Source: Geosiphon pyriformis uo1 (Eukaryota; Fungi; Glomeromycota). From it: a stretch of DNA of 64,000 nt. The position numbers and the translations under genes were made by a program. The notes under the pieces were generated by a model. The model searched no databases, was not told the origin of the DNA, and saw only the letters and a list, made by a program, of their open reading frames with translations. Within the stretch, counting starts at the first letter, position 1. Every line of letters starts with the position of its first letter. The stretch covers positions 124,001-188,000 of the forward strand of contig JAAOMT010000369.1 of the NCBI GenBank assembly GCA_016748015.1, read 5' to 3'. Shown here in pieces: positions 12,359-24,654 of the stretch.

Positions 12359-15300
12359 GTGACAAAATTCGAAAAAACAAGGACAAACCATTTGGGATTT
12401 GCAAAATTCTTATTCCAACATTATCACACCCATCTCAGATTAACAAATAGTAATTGGTCAATAGAATCAGCTTTTAATTATTATGTTAATAAAAAAATTG
12501 CATACTACTTAAAAGATCAAGGAAATCCAAAATACATCTTTAACAATTTCTTCAGTGAACTACTTCAAAGCACCACATTGCCACAGAATTATTTATTTGT
12601 ACCACTAATCATGAAAATAAATAGAAAAATAGAAAAATACACCAAACAAAGATTTTTTATTATCTTTGCTAACAAAGGAAAAGAAAAATTACAAATGCCA
12701 ACAAAAATCCTAAAACAAATCCAACTACTCACTTAGAAAAAACAAAAATTTGATTCATCTGCTAATCCATTATATCATTACATACCTGGAAATACTATCA
12801 ATATAATAGATGCATCTATAGCAAGCATGATAATACCATTGAACAGAATCTCATTTCAAAATAAACAGAAGAAAACAGAGTTATTAGGAACATATGGCAA
12901 TTATTTTGAGAGATTTAAATTACAATTCCCAACACCATTAGGAACTCAATCACTACTACCACAACCAGATTTCAGACCCATTAGTTCTTAGGAAATAACT
13001 GACTCCAAGAAAAAAGAAAATAGCAATCAAGAAACTAATAAGCAAAATCCAATTCTAGAAAACCCAGAAATTCAAATTCCAATTATTCCAACTCAGCAAA
13101 ATCAGAACAATTCAAATACTGTCTCTATTGTTGCCCAAAACTTACCTCCAGTAATCATGATTGATCTACCATTAGTCTCATTAATCACTAAACAGCAATA
13201 GCAACAGCCACAACCACCATTCCAGCAGCAACCGCAACAGCAACCTTAACTCCAACTGCAACAACAATTACCATTAGTACTAATGGTATATACACCTATT
13301 GTCAAAATTGAAAAATTCACTGGCAAGAAGGACAATGCCCAAGTATAGCTTAACAACATAGAAAAAGCCATTGCAGTCAACAGATGAAATGACAATAGAG
13401 CTCTTTAAGTAATTCTTTATTTTCTCCAAAATACTGTCAATTTATGGTATTAAAGTTTAGCTGCAAACCACAAACTTTCCAAGAATTCAAACTTGAATTC
13501 TTGAGATATTTCAATAACAATAATAGCATTAACTACTTGGCAAATACCTTCACTACCATCAAGCAAGAAGAAAATAAAGCAGTCACTACCTACCTAGAAT
13601 GTCTCTACAGAAATTTGTGCCAAATTTAAGCCATTGATGCCAACTATTTTACAGTGGCCCAGATCTTGAATCAGTTTATCTGTAGACTATGTAGTAGCAT
13701 TCTTTAATGCATATGTCTATTACATTTAAGCACCCTTCAAGCTGCAGTTACATATGCCAGAGACTTTAAATCTATTGAACTAGAAGCCAATCATATCCAA
13801 ACCATAAATTTAGTAATTAATAGATTATCTGACTTGAATTCCAAATTGAAACAGTTCAGTGATTCAATCAATTAGAAATTAGAGAAATATTTAGCTAACA
13901 ATCAAGCAATCTATCAACCTTTACAATAATGTAATAATACAGAAAACTCAAATTATTTCCAAAATTAGGCATGCTCATCATTATCAACCAATTAATCGTG
14001 ATAACCAAAGATACATGCTACAATTGTGATAAACAAGATCATATTAGAGCTAATTGTCAAGTTTATAGCAATAATTTATAATTGGGAAATCAATATTAAA
14101 ACTCTAATCACAGATTTTAAGCTCTAAGTTATGACTCAAATCAAGATTAGTACCAACATAATTACACCCAAATGACACAACACCCAATATACATATCTCC
14201 AATATATCAACCACCACAGCCACAACTAATTTATCAACCTCAGCCCATTTAAATACTGTCACAAATAATTGTGTCCAACAGAAATCAGAGATCAAAAACC
14301 ATTTAACAAAACTGGAGATTAGCAATAGTTGTTTATTAACTAATTTTCAGTACATCCCAACAACTCTCAAAATCACATCTAAGAAATTTGTAAACTAAGT
14401 ACACCCAAAATCTGAGTTTCCAAAACTATTTAAGTCTCCTGGTTACCTTAGAAGATATCTTACCCAGCACTTAGAGACCAACCAAAAACCACTTACTAAC
14501 AATATTCTACCAATAACTATTATCAATAACAATTTGTTAGCAGCTATCTTTCAAAAAACAGTCTAAAATGTCTCTTTTTAGTGGTGCTGCTCTTGAAAAA
14601 AAACTTATAACTGCAATATATACTGATGCTAAAACAGATGGTTACCCTATCAAATTAATTTTGAACAGTAGGTCAGCAGACAGCATTATCACATAACAAC
14701 TTATGGACCAATTAGGTCGCCAAGTTGATTATGCTGCCAGCATCCAAATTATTATAGCCAATAGAGCAACCAAAACCCCTATTGGTGAAATTGACAACTT
14801 CTTTTTAGAAGTCAATGACATCACCATTCTCATCAAAATCTTAATTATGGAAGCCATCCAATACTAAGCTCTTGTTGGAAATAACTGGCTGATTAAAGCA
14901 AATGCTATACTCAATTGGACCACTTAGAAATTACAACTCAGTCAAAATAGACACTACACCTAAATACCAGTTATGTATGGTCATTTCAAATTACACACCA
15001 CATCAGCACTGTTAATTGATTTGGAAGAAGAAGTTTTATGGGCTGACAATGACCATAATGAACTACTGCTCATACTCTTATAAAACAACAAAAAAAAAGG
15101 AAAGCAAAAAGAGGAAGTTATCTGAAATAACAATCAAATATTGTGAACTGACAACAATTAGAACAAACAAACACCAAGTTGGATGTAAGAAGAAACTGAA
15201 AAAGGGAAAAGAAAAGAGAAAAAAGAAGAGCCAACACCAGCAACTACTATAACTTATATCTCATACATCTATACTCTACTACAATCTTCTAACTATTGCT

Positions 15301-18300
15301 GACCAAAACTAGTGTGCATTGATTGTGGCAAGAAGTTGTCATCAATAAGTACATACTGTGGCAATAATGAAAAATATCCAATGACAACAAAATTTTATTG
15401 TTGTTTTTGTGTTCTTGAACAGTTTGAATGACCAAAAAGATAAGAAAAATGGGACAATGAGTCTTGTTTTATCTGTGAAACTATCTTGCCCAATAAAAAA
15501 ATGTGGAATGACATTTCTAAATAGAGAGAAACTTGTGATAAATTGTGCCAATACATGATTCTAATTAGTGACTGAATAAGAAAAAGAACTCCCATAAAAG
15601 CAGTCTGAAGAAGAGCAGTCAAATGGCTAAATAGTTGTTCACATGATAACAATAAAATTTGACATATGGCCCTTACCAAAATTAAAAAAGTGTTATCAGA
15701 AGAAATAAAAATGATCAAAAACAACTTACCAAAATTCATAAAACTTGATTGGAGCCCAAATTCAGATATTGTCCTAAACCCTATGAACCCAAAACAATTT
15801 TATAAACATTACAAAAATTAGCATCCATCAGGAAAAAACAAGAACAATGTTTAGAGCAGTTGAATGCCTGATTGTGTTAATACTGCTTAATTCCCTGTGA
15901 CTTCCAATATTGTAATGAGTGTGACCTCATTTACAATCTACCACTGCACATGATCTACACAATCTTAGAAAAAGAAAAACCAATTAGCAGCTGTGTATTA
16001 AAATCAGAATCAACATTCAATTCCAATTCAAACTCCAACAACAACAATGATAAAAACAACAGTTTCAGCTCTGTCCAAAATAACAATAAAAATAACAATA
16101 ATTCAGATTTTAATTCAAACTCAGAACAATATATTGTGCTTTCTGATCTTACTAAGGAGCAGAAACTTAAATGGTTTAACAATAATAATAAAGATATTAT
16201 GTCAGAATGTGTACATAATACCAATGCCAAATTTGATCTAAGATATTCAGAAAAAAATGCCATTAAATTGGAACCATACTTGCACACATGCATTGATCTT
16301 AAAATAGCACTGGAAATCTTAGCAACAACAATAGTCTAATTAGCATTTAGGATTAGTTTAGCAAAAAGAGGAATCAATATCAGAAAAAGAATAATTGATG
16401 CAGAATATGTAAGAAATATTATTGCAATGCTACAAAATAACTCAGAAAAAGCCTATATCATAAAGCCAAATGAAAAGATAGCACAGACAATATTCTTGTT
16501 TCTGGTTAAAATAGCTCAATTGGTATCAGTAAGAAACAGAAAAGAATTAGGAATTACAGCTAGAAGAATTAGTGTATTCAGATCCATGAATAGAATAGAT
16601 GTATCAGTCAATATGGCAAAAGAGAAATTATCTCTATCTGTCAATCAATTTCTATTCCACCATATAACCAGTATATATTAGCTATAGAAAGGAGGTAAAA
16701 GATTAAGCTCAGATTTTTGAAGCAGAAATTACCATTTGTAAATCAGAAAAGATTGAACTTACCAATTTTTACATACCAGCCAAAAGCCCAAAACATATTA
16801 AAATTCTTATCTACAACACAACAGGAGATATCATTAAGATACTAAAAGGAACCACTATCAGATATTTAAGCATCAAAGTTAAAAAACAACCACCAAACAC
16901 CATTTCAGATTTTCTACAGCTTTGTGGATACATGAATATTACATTATAAACAATCTATGGATGGAATGAATGTTATTTGTTCTAACTAAAACAATTAGAA
17001 CAGATGAATTTGGGAAATCTAGATTCATTTCAACAGATACAACTCAAAATGCTACTCAACAATTTTACCAACATTTTTACAAGTGAAAATGAATTTAGTA
17101 GAACTAACATAATTCAACACCAGATTAAAACTGGAGATGCCATGCCAATAAAACAAAAAACATACCAAGTACTACCAGCCAGCCATAAAATTATCTGCCA
17201 AGAAATTAATAAAATACTGGATAATGGTTAATTTAACTATTAATAAGTTCATGGTTTTTACCAATTGTATTGGTTTGGAAAAAGAATGAAAAAATTTAGT
17301 TTTGTGTAAATTACCAAAAACTCAATAGAGTAACAAAAGAAGACAGCTACTCAACTCCAAAGATCCAAGAACTTTTTGATGCTTTTGGAAGAAAGAAATA
17401 GTTCTCAACTTTAGATTTAGACAGTGGTTATTGACAAGTAGCCATAAATTTAGCTAATAAAAAGAAGACCATATTCACAACAAGAGAAAGAAATTTTGAA
17501 TTTGAAGTTATGTCTTTTGGCTTAATGAATCTCTCAGCCACCTTCCAATAGTTAATGAAAATAGTTTACAGAGGACTATTGTGAAAATTAGTAGTTGTTT
17601 ACTTAGATAACACCAATGTGTTCTCTAAGATATTTAATAATTATTTACACTATTTCTAACAAATATTTGAAAGACTAAGAAGAGCCAGATTAAAATTGAA
17701 TACAATCAAGTGTTTTTTTGGAAAAACTAAATTTAAGTTTTTGGAACATATTGTAAGCAAAGATGACATCAAAACAGATCCAGACAAAATTGAGATAGTT
17801 AAAAACTTTTTAATACCTATCAACTTGACTAAATTACAAGCATTCTTAAAATTTGTGAGTTACTATCACCATTTCATCAAAAACTTTTCCAAACTGGCTT
17901 AGCCATTACATTAGCTCTAAACAAAAAACACCAAATATAAATGAATAGAAAAACAGTAAAAAGCTTTTGATATATTAAGAAAAAAGTTTATTCAAGCTCC
18001 AATACTAATCTATCCAGATTATAGCAAGTTATTCATAATTACAACCAATACATTAAGTCAAGCATTAGGAGCAGTATTATTTCAGAAAAAACCAAATAGA
18101 AAAGAACACCCAGTAGTATATACTAGTCACAGCTTAAGTCTAACTGAAAAAAACTATGAAACATTAGTATTGGAACACTTAGCAATCTATTGGACAGTCA
18201 TAAAATAAAAAAAATACTTAAGCCAAAAATTTAACATATACACTGACCATAAAGAATTGACTTCAATTCAGAAGCAAAAATTTGGAGATAATCACTATGT

Positions 18301-19816
18301 TAAATAAAAAATAAAACTTTTACCATTTAATTATACAGTACATTACAAAAAGAGAAAAGAAAATAGAAATGTTAACAGTTTGTTATGAATGAGACAAATC
18401 TAAAACTATTTCAATCCAAAAATATAACAAAAAATAAATACACAAAAATATCAACAACTTCAACACTATATTAATACCCAACAGTTTAAAAAGAAATTAT
18501 CTCTAAAGGAATAGAACAACATAAAACAACAATCCAAATATTTTATCACTTACCAAAATATATTATATTGAAAAAACAGAAAGGATCCAGACCAATCACT
18601 CAGAGTAATTACAGAACCAGAAAAAAAAACAATACTATTCAATATGCATTCAGATCTAACAATAGGACATTTCCATAAAGAAGCAACCATAGAAAAAACC
18701 AGAAAAAGATATTATTGGCCATTTATGTATCCAGACATCATTCAATATGTTCAAAATTGTGATGTTTGTCAGAAAAGAGAAGGAACAAGATCCAGTGAAC
18801 CATTAAGACCAATTAAAGTAAAACAACTATTTGATCAAATTAGAATTGACTTAGTTAGACCATTAACAATAACCAGTAGAGAAAACAGGTATATTGCAGT
18901 AGTCATAAATTATTTTACTAAGTGGCCAGAAACAAAAGCCATTCAAAGAGCAAATGCAGAATCCGTTGCTGAATTTGTTCATCAAGATTTGATTTGTTGA
19001 CACAGATGCCCAAAAAAATTACTATTTGACCAAGGAACTCACTTTGTAAATAGAATATTAGCAGAATTAAGTCAAAAATTTGGTATAAAAAGACCATTAT
19101 TATTATTATATTATCCACAAATCAATGGCTTAATCAAAAAGTTCAATAGAACATTGTGTGAAGCAATTGCCAAAATCAGCCAAAAAAATCAAGACAAATG
19201 GGATTTGTTTATACTATTAGTATTATTTACTTATCAGACAATGAAGCAAGACATTACACAAACAATACTATTTAAATTAATATATAATAGAACAGCAACA
19301 TTACCAGTTGAAATAGAAGTCAGCACATATCTAACTAAACCAATAACAAAAGACAATTTCCAAGAGACATTTTTAAGAAGAACATATAACTTAATGAGAA
19401 CACTAGAAAACAAACAGTAAAAAACAGCTAATAATATTCAAAAGTCACAAAAAAAACAAAAAGAAAGACATGATAATTAATTACTGGATAAACCAGTTGA
19501 ATTCAGGATTGAAGACAAAGTACTTTTACATTGTACCAAAGTGGAAAAACGATGGAGTGAAAAATTTGACTTCAAATGGGATAAACCATTTTACATAGAA
19601 GAAATTCTAAGGAATGAAGCTTATAAATTAAGATAAAACAACAAAATCTTAGCCAAAACAGCACATGGTAATTGACTGAAACCATATCACCATATAATAT
19701 TATCATTTACCAATAATATTTTACAACTGGAAGTACAACAAATACTAATTCAACCAAATAAGATTTTATGAGATCTGGAGCCAATTATAATCATTGAACC
19801 AAACATGACAAATTGA
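12359..19816 (+). pseudogene. Gypsy A gag-pol (CA, CCHC, PR, Cys-rich, dUTPase, RT, RNase H, IN)
   Basis: PR LILNSRSADS; RT YLDNT, KFLEHIVS; IN H..GHF..CDVCQ and IDLVRPL, FTKWPE; C-terminal SH3-like region; many stops. Confidence 0.92.
16166..16588 (+). pseudogene. dUTPase domain within Gypsy A Pol
   Basis: Degraded motifs AKFDL, RISLA, IIDAEY, EKIAQ, RRISVFRS, collinear (423 nt) with the B copy. Confidence 0.88.
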
Positions 19817-19829
19817 ATAACCAAAAGAG

Positions 19830-19839
19830 TATATAAAAA
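19830..19839 (+). promoter_or_regulatory. Putative internal TATA box for Gypsy A ORF3
   Basis: TATATAAAAA 42 nt upstream of the ORF3 start; the same motif at the same spacing in B and a similar one in C. Confidence 0.5.
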
Positions 19840-19871
19840 CACAGTATATGTGATAAAAGCAACAAAAAAAA

Positions 19872-20503
19872 ATAGAAATTACTGACAATATACACACACT
19901 GGCACAACTATTCTTCCAATTGATTCAACAACAGAATATGAAAATTACTATTAACTAACAAACCATTCGATATAAAAATACAAAAAAAAGACTTCAACAT
20001 GAAAAACAAAAAAAACAGAAAACACCATTGACAAGATAATAACAAAAGTAAAAGTGACAATAGAAATACAAACAGAAGGTGTATCATATTAAGAATTGAT
20101 AATAAAAATATGGAATTGGTAGATATAATAATTTTCAAGAAACTTTTGTTATTTCCACTTAGAATAATATCTGAATATTTAGAACTTATATATAGATAAA
20201 ACAAAACAATTATTTAACACAACAATACTACAACAACTTGAACAATTTGTGAGAAAAAACAATTTAACAACACTAGCAAGAGCTATTTATCAATTATATG
20301 CTAAATTTCAAGACTGACCAGAAATACTACTTAATACAGTAATGAACACAGTTATTACTAATCAAATGGGTAAAATAACCAATGCCCAATTTAAAGAATT
20401 ACAAACCAAAATAACACAAGTAATTCTTGAAAAAGAAGTCCAAGAAATAATCAAGAAAGAAGAATTAGAAAAGTTTAGAGATTTTGATAGAACTCAATAT
20501 TAA
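19872..20503 (+). pseudogene. Gypsy A ORF3, ~210 aa, unknown function
   Basis: Reconstructed (M)EITDNIHTLAQLFFQLIQQQN..CYFHLE*YLNI..LTTLARAIYQLYAKF..NQMGKITNAQFKEL..; start ATA (from ATG); ends at the PPT; homologous to B ORF3. Confidence 0.75.
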
Positions 20504-20516
20504 AAAAAAGGAATAA

Positions 20517-21482
20517 TGTTACTTATAAAAATAGAAATTATAGTAGTATATATTAGTCAATTAAAAATAAACATAGTAAAATATAGAATTCCAGGATTCT
20601 TCTTAGAGGAATTATAGGATTTCAGGAATTACAGAATTCTTATATAAGGAATTACAGGATTCCAGAATTCTAGAATTCCTCTTAAAAGAATTGCAGAATT
20701 TCTGGTGAAAAGAATGGAAGAATTGAGAAATCTTAAATATGTATATATAGCAGTAGTATTAGAAGCAAAAAAGACAGATTTCACAGTTTAAATTTCATCT
20801 AAGCAATCTTTTAAATTCACAAATATCAATAAATAATTATTTGCTATCTCAATCCACTTTCTATTATTAGCACTTTATGTTGATAGTATCAAATATTTAA
20901 TTATGTTAGAACAATAGCTCTTGATTATGGCTATTGATGGAATACTAACTTTTATTGCCTTGGTTTATTTCTTTATTTCTTTTATTTTTTTTTATTTTCT
21001 TTGTTATTTTTTGTTGTTAATTAATTGATTAAAAATTAAGTACTAAGTATTAACATCAAGGATTGCCTGGTAAAAAACTCCTGTGAAAGAATAAAACATT
21101 TGAGATTAAAGATTACTTACTAAAGAATTGCCAATTACCAAGCTGAAAAAAAATTGATGAAATTGCGATTCTAAGAGACTATTAAAAACAATCATTAAAT
21201 CTCTGTCCATTATACAAAGAACTTAACCAAAACCTTTATGTGTTTTTAGGCTAAGAATTCTGTCATATCGATTCTGTCTTTTCTGTTTCTAACACCAAAA
21301 TTGAAGGAGTGACTCCAAAAGAAATAAAAACACTGTGAATTGTTCAGTTAAACCAAAACCTTGGGTTCCTCTATCACTTTTTCCTCAATCCAAACCTTCA
21401 GATTATAACAATTATAGCAGTTATTAACACCAAGTTACAGGTTTGTTATTTGATTTGAAATCCCAAATAATCATCTGTAATA
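20517..21482 (+). repeat. Gypsy A 3' LTR (966 bp)
   Basis: Direct repeat of 11473-12294 with an extra ~150 bp (21236-21385). Confidence 0.95.
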
Positions 21483-21486
21483 CTGG

Positions 21487-22541
21487 TAATTAAAGCCTGA
21501 ACTTTCATTATATCACTCAGCTTATATGTTTTTAAAATCTTAAACATAAGCAATTCCAACTTGTAAAACTCAGAGAAAGCCATGTATTTGAGTACATTAT
21601 GATTCTGGAACCATGTTTTTGAAAATACAGTATTGGCAACAGAGCTCATTACCTAACTGAATAGTTTTCACATCCCATTAATATCAAGTCTTTTTTTATA
21701 GTTCTTAAAATCATTAGCAGCAGCCAGTGACCAATTTCTAAACTTTTCTTAAGTTTTTTTGCTAATATTATTAACTTTGAACTTCTATCTGTTTTTATAA
21801 GTCTGTTTGTGTATTAAAATAAGTTGAAAACTGAAGAGTCCCTTCAAACCAATATCCATTAAAACAACTAAGTAATTAGTATTGAAAAACTTATCTGAAC
21901 AGTAAATCTGCTGATTAAAAAAAGAACTCTTAAGACTATTACTAATTAAAATAAAGTTTATGCACTTCTCAACTCCCTTAAAGTTGAACCAAGTAGGCAT
22001 TTTACATATTAAAAAACTACTAAAAAAGTTATACAACTCTATGTCCAAAAGCTTTTTAAAACTAGCACTGTCATCAGACTTATTTTTATTGAAATCTCCC
22101 AAAAACCACAAAAAAACTATCATTTAATGCCTTAGCCACCATTGAGTTAACTTCATATAAATGAGCCAATTTTTTTTTCAAAGTGGCTCCAGCATACAAA
22201 CCCAAAATAAAAACTAAAAAACAGTCTTTAAACAATAAACATATTAACAAAAGCTGATCAGCCACCTTTAAAATCTTGTATACATATCTTGTAATATCAT
22301 TGTTTATTATCATAGTAACTCCAAAACTTAGATAATTAGAGTTAATACCAGAGGTAAAAACTCTAATCTCATCAAACTTGTTCATTATTCAAGAGTGAAC
22401 TTTGCTTCTGAACTTAGTTTCTATAATAATAGATATAAAATTACTCATGTTTTTATGTTAATAAATAATATTTTCCTGCTTTGCTAAATTGTTTATGCCT
22501 CTAATATTGTATGTGAAAATTTTCCAGATCAAACTACTTAT
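21487..22541 (-). pseudogene. LINE2 ORF2 5' part (APE endonuclease)
   Basis: IRVFTSG, GLYAG, LGDFN, PTWFN..INFIL; start ATA overlaps the ORF1 TAA. Confidence 0.85.
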
Positions 22542-23193
22542 TAAGATAAAAAAATACTAAAAAACTCAAACCAGCACATAACTGATCTAACTTCTTCAGA
22601 ACTGAACCAACAGAAACTTTGAGAGCCATCAATTTTGACTCCAAACATTCTACTTTGGTAGTTAAAACTTTTGAGCTACTTAGATCCAAAGCTGAAACAT
22701 TAAAGAAAACAAAAGAAGGAGACAAAAACATTGACTTAGAACTGTTCAAAATCATATCCAACTCCAAATCTAAATTGGCAGTTATTGAGGTAGCCAAGTT
22801 ATAAGAGAAAAAAAAGAAAGCCAGAGGCACCAATTTTATATTGTTAAACTTGTGCATTATGTCAGATACCTGATTCATTAAGAGCTTCAAGAAGTGTTTT
22901 AAAGAAGCCAAATAAGCATTTAAAGATAAATTATCAGTTGAGATAGGAGAAAAATTTTCACCCAAACCTGAGGCATTAAAAGGAGGAGAACCAGAACCAG
23001 AACTGAAATAAAAACTACCAGTAAAACCAACAAGTAAGATTACTTGGGCCCAAGATTTGCCATTAAAGACAGCAGAACAAGAGATTAGAACATTTTTCTT
23101 TTTATACAACTTGGCAAGCTAAAGACAATTTTCTTTAAAAGCAACTTTTTTATAGGGTTTTTTTAAAAATAGCAGAACAGACACATCTAATGC
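22538..23193 (-). pseudogene. LINE2 ORF1 3' part
   Basis: FNGKSWAQV and SSSKVLTTKVECLESKLMAL match LINE1 ORF1. Confidence 0.85.
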
Positions 23194-23951
23194 TGTTACA
23201 GATGTTTATTTGGGATTTCAAGTCAAATAACAAATCCGTAACTTGGTGCTTGGTTGGTACTCAGGTGTTGATATCTGAAGGTTTTGGTTGATCTGAAGGT
23301 TTGGTTGTAGAGTTCTTTGTATAATAGACAGAAATTTAATAGTTGTTTTTAGTAGTCTCTTGGAATCACAATTCCATCAAAGTTCTTTTTTAATGTAGTG
23401 GCCAGTAATCTTCTTGATAAGTTATTCTCAAATCTATGAGTGTTCTACCTTTGTTTCACAGGTCTTTTACCAGTTCCTATGACGTTTGTATCTCAGCACT
23501 TAATCCTTAATCAATTTAGTAAAACCAAAGAAATAACAAAAAAAAATAAAAGCAAACAAAAGAAGATAAAAAAATAAATGGAAGCAATTGCAAGTTAATA
23601 TCCTGTCAATAGCCATGATTAAGAGCTATTGTTCTAGTGTGGTTAAGTATCAAATATTATTAATATAAAGTATTAATAGTGGAGAGTGGGTTAAAATAGT
23701 GAATAATTATTTATTGATATTTGTGATGTAGAAGGTTTTGAACTAATAGATTTTGCTCTTTCTACTTCTAATACTACTGCTATATATACATAATTTGGGT
23801 TCTATAAGATTACTCACATTCTTGAGCAATGTGTTATAATTTCTTAACCAATGCTCATATTGCTCCACATTGCTGAGCAATGTGCTCACGTGCTAACTAC
23901 TCACTTATTGGTCTACTATTTTCTGTATTTGTTTTCTTTTTATGAGTAATA
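23194..23951 (-). repeat. Gypsy B 3' LTR (758 bp)
   Basis: Matches 32357-32950 + 40700-40894; PPT AAATGGAGGAGATAA adjacent (23952-23966). Confidence 0.95.
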
Positions 23952-23967
23952 TTATCTCCTCCATTTT

Positions 23968-24598
23968 TTAATATTAAGCTCTGTTAAAATCTTCATTTTG
24001 AATTAATTCTAATACTTCTTTTTCAAGTATTGTTTGTTCAACTCTGTTTCTCATGTCTTCTACTATTGTTTATTCTTCCTTATTGGTTAATGGTTATGGT
24101 TTCCATGTTAGAGTGTAGTAGTATTTCTGGATAGTTCCGAAATATGTTGTGTAGTCAGTACATTGTTTTAACATGTAGTGTTGAATTTGTTTTCTTTTTA
24201 ATAAATTCTTCAATTTGTTGTATTATGTCTTGGTTGAATATTCTCTTGAATTTGTCAATATACAACTCCTGAATATTCAACTTTTGACCTAGCTGATAGT
24301 AGCAATATGATATTGGAAGTCATTCTGTTCATTGCTTTCAATTTTTTTTTGTAAGCTTTTCTGTTAGTGCCATAATAGATATTTTCCCAAAAGTGTTTTT
24401 CACTTTTTCTATTAAGTTGTCTGTCCAGTTTTTATCATTCTTTGGTAGTTGCTGATATGGTGTATTCTTTGTCTTTCTTTTGGTGTTTTGATAACAAATT
24501 ATTTGGGTGTTAATAACAATTTCTATGTTTAACTGTTGTTGACTTAAGACCTGGAACAATTGTTGAGCTATAGTGTGAATGTGATCTGGTATTTCTAT
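23968..24598 (-). pseudogene. Gypsy B ORF3, ~210 aa, unknown function
   Basis: (M)EIPDHIHTIAQQLFQVLSQQQLN..YCYYQLGQKLNIQELYIDK..TLHVKTMY*LHNIFRNYPEILL; TATATAAAAA at 24632-24641 (minus) 43 nt upstream. Confidence 0.75.
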
Positions 24599-24654
24599 TT
24601 TTTCTTGGTTGCTTTTGTTGTGTATACTGTGTTTTTATATACTTTTTTGGTTGT

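Larger units (their letters stand above)
11473..21482 (+). mobile_element. Gypsy A: Ty3/Gypsy LTR retrotransposon with dUTPase and ORF3
   Basis: Two LTRs TGTTA..TAATA, PBS, PPT (20501-20516), order gag-PR-RT-RH-IN, 4-bp TSD TTGG (11469-11472) / CTGG (21483-21486). Confidence 0.95.

Noticed and set aside
13190-13280. Host polyglutamine gene or CAG/CAA microsatellite
   Set aside because: It is the Gln/Pro-rich linker of Gag, also present in B (~31310-31390)
19450-19816. Chromodomain at the integrase C-terminus
   Set aside because: Only the GPY/F-SH3-like region is seen before the stop; no chromodomain aromatic pattern in A, B or C
19872-20503. env gene call for ORF3
   Set aside because: Too short, with no signal peptide, transmembrane segment or evident fusion-protein features
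23455-23500. Hammerhead ribozyme in the B LTR (CTGAG..GAAAC on the minus strand)
   Set aside because: The CUGANGA core and required stems are missing, and the motif is not kept in A
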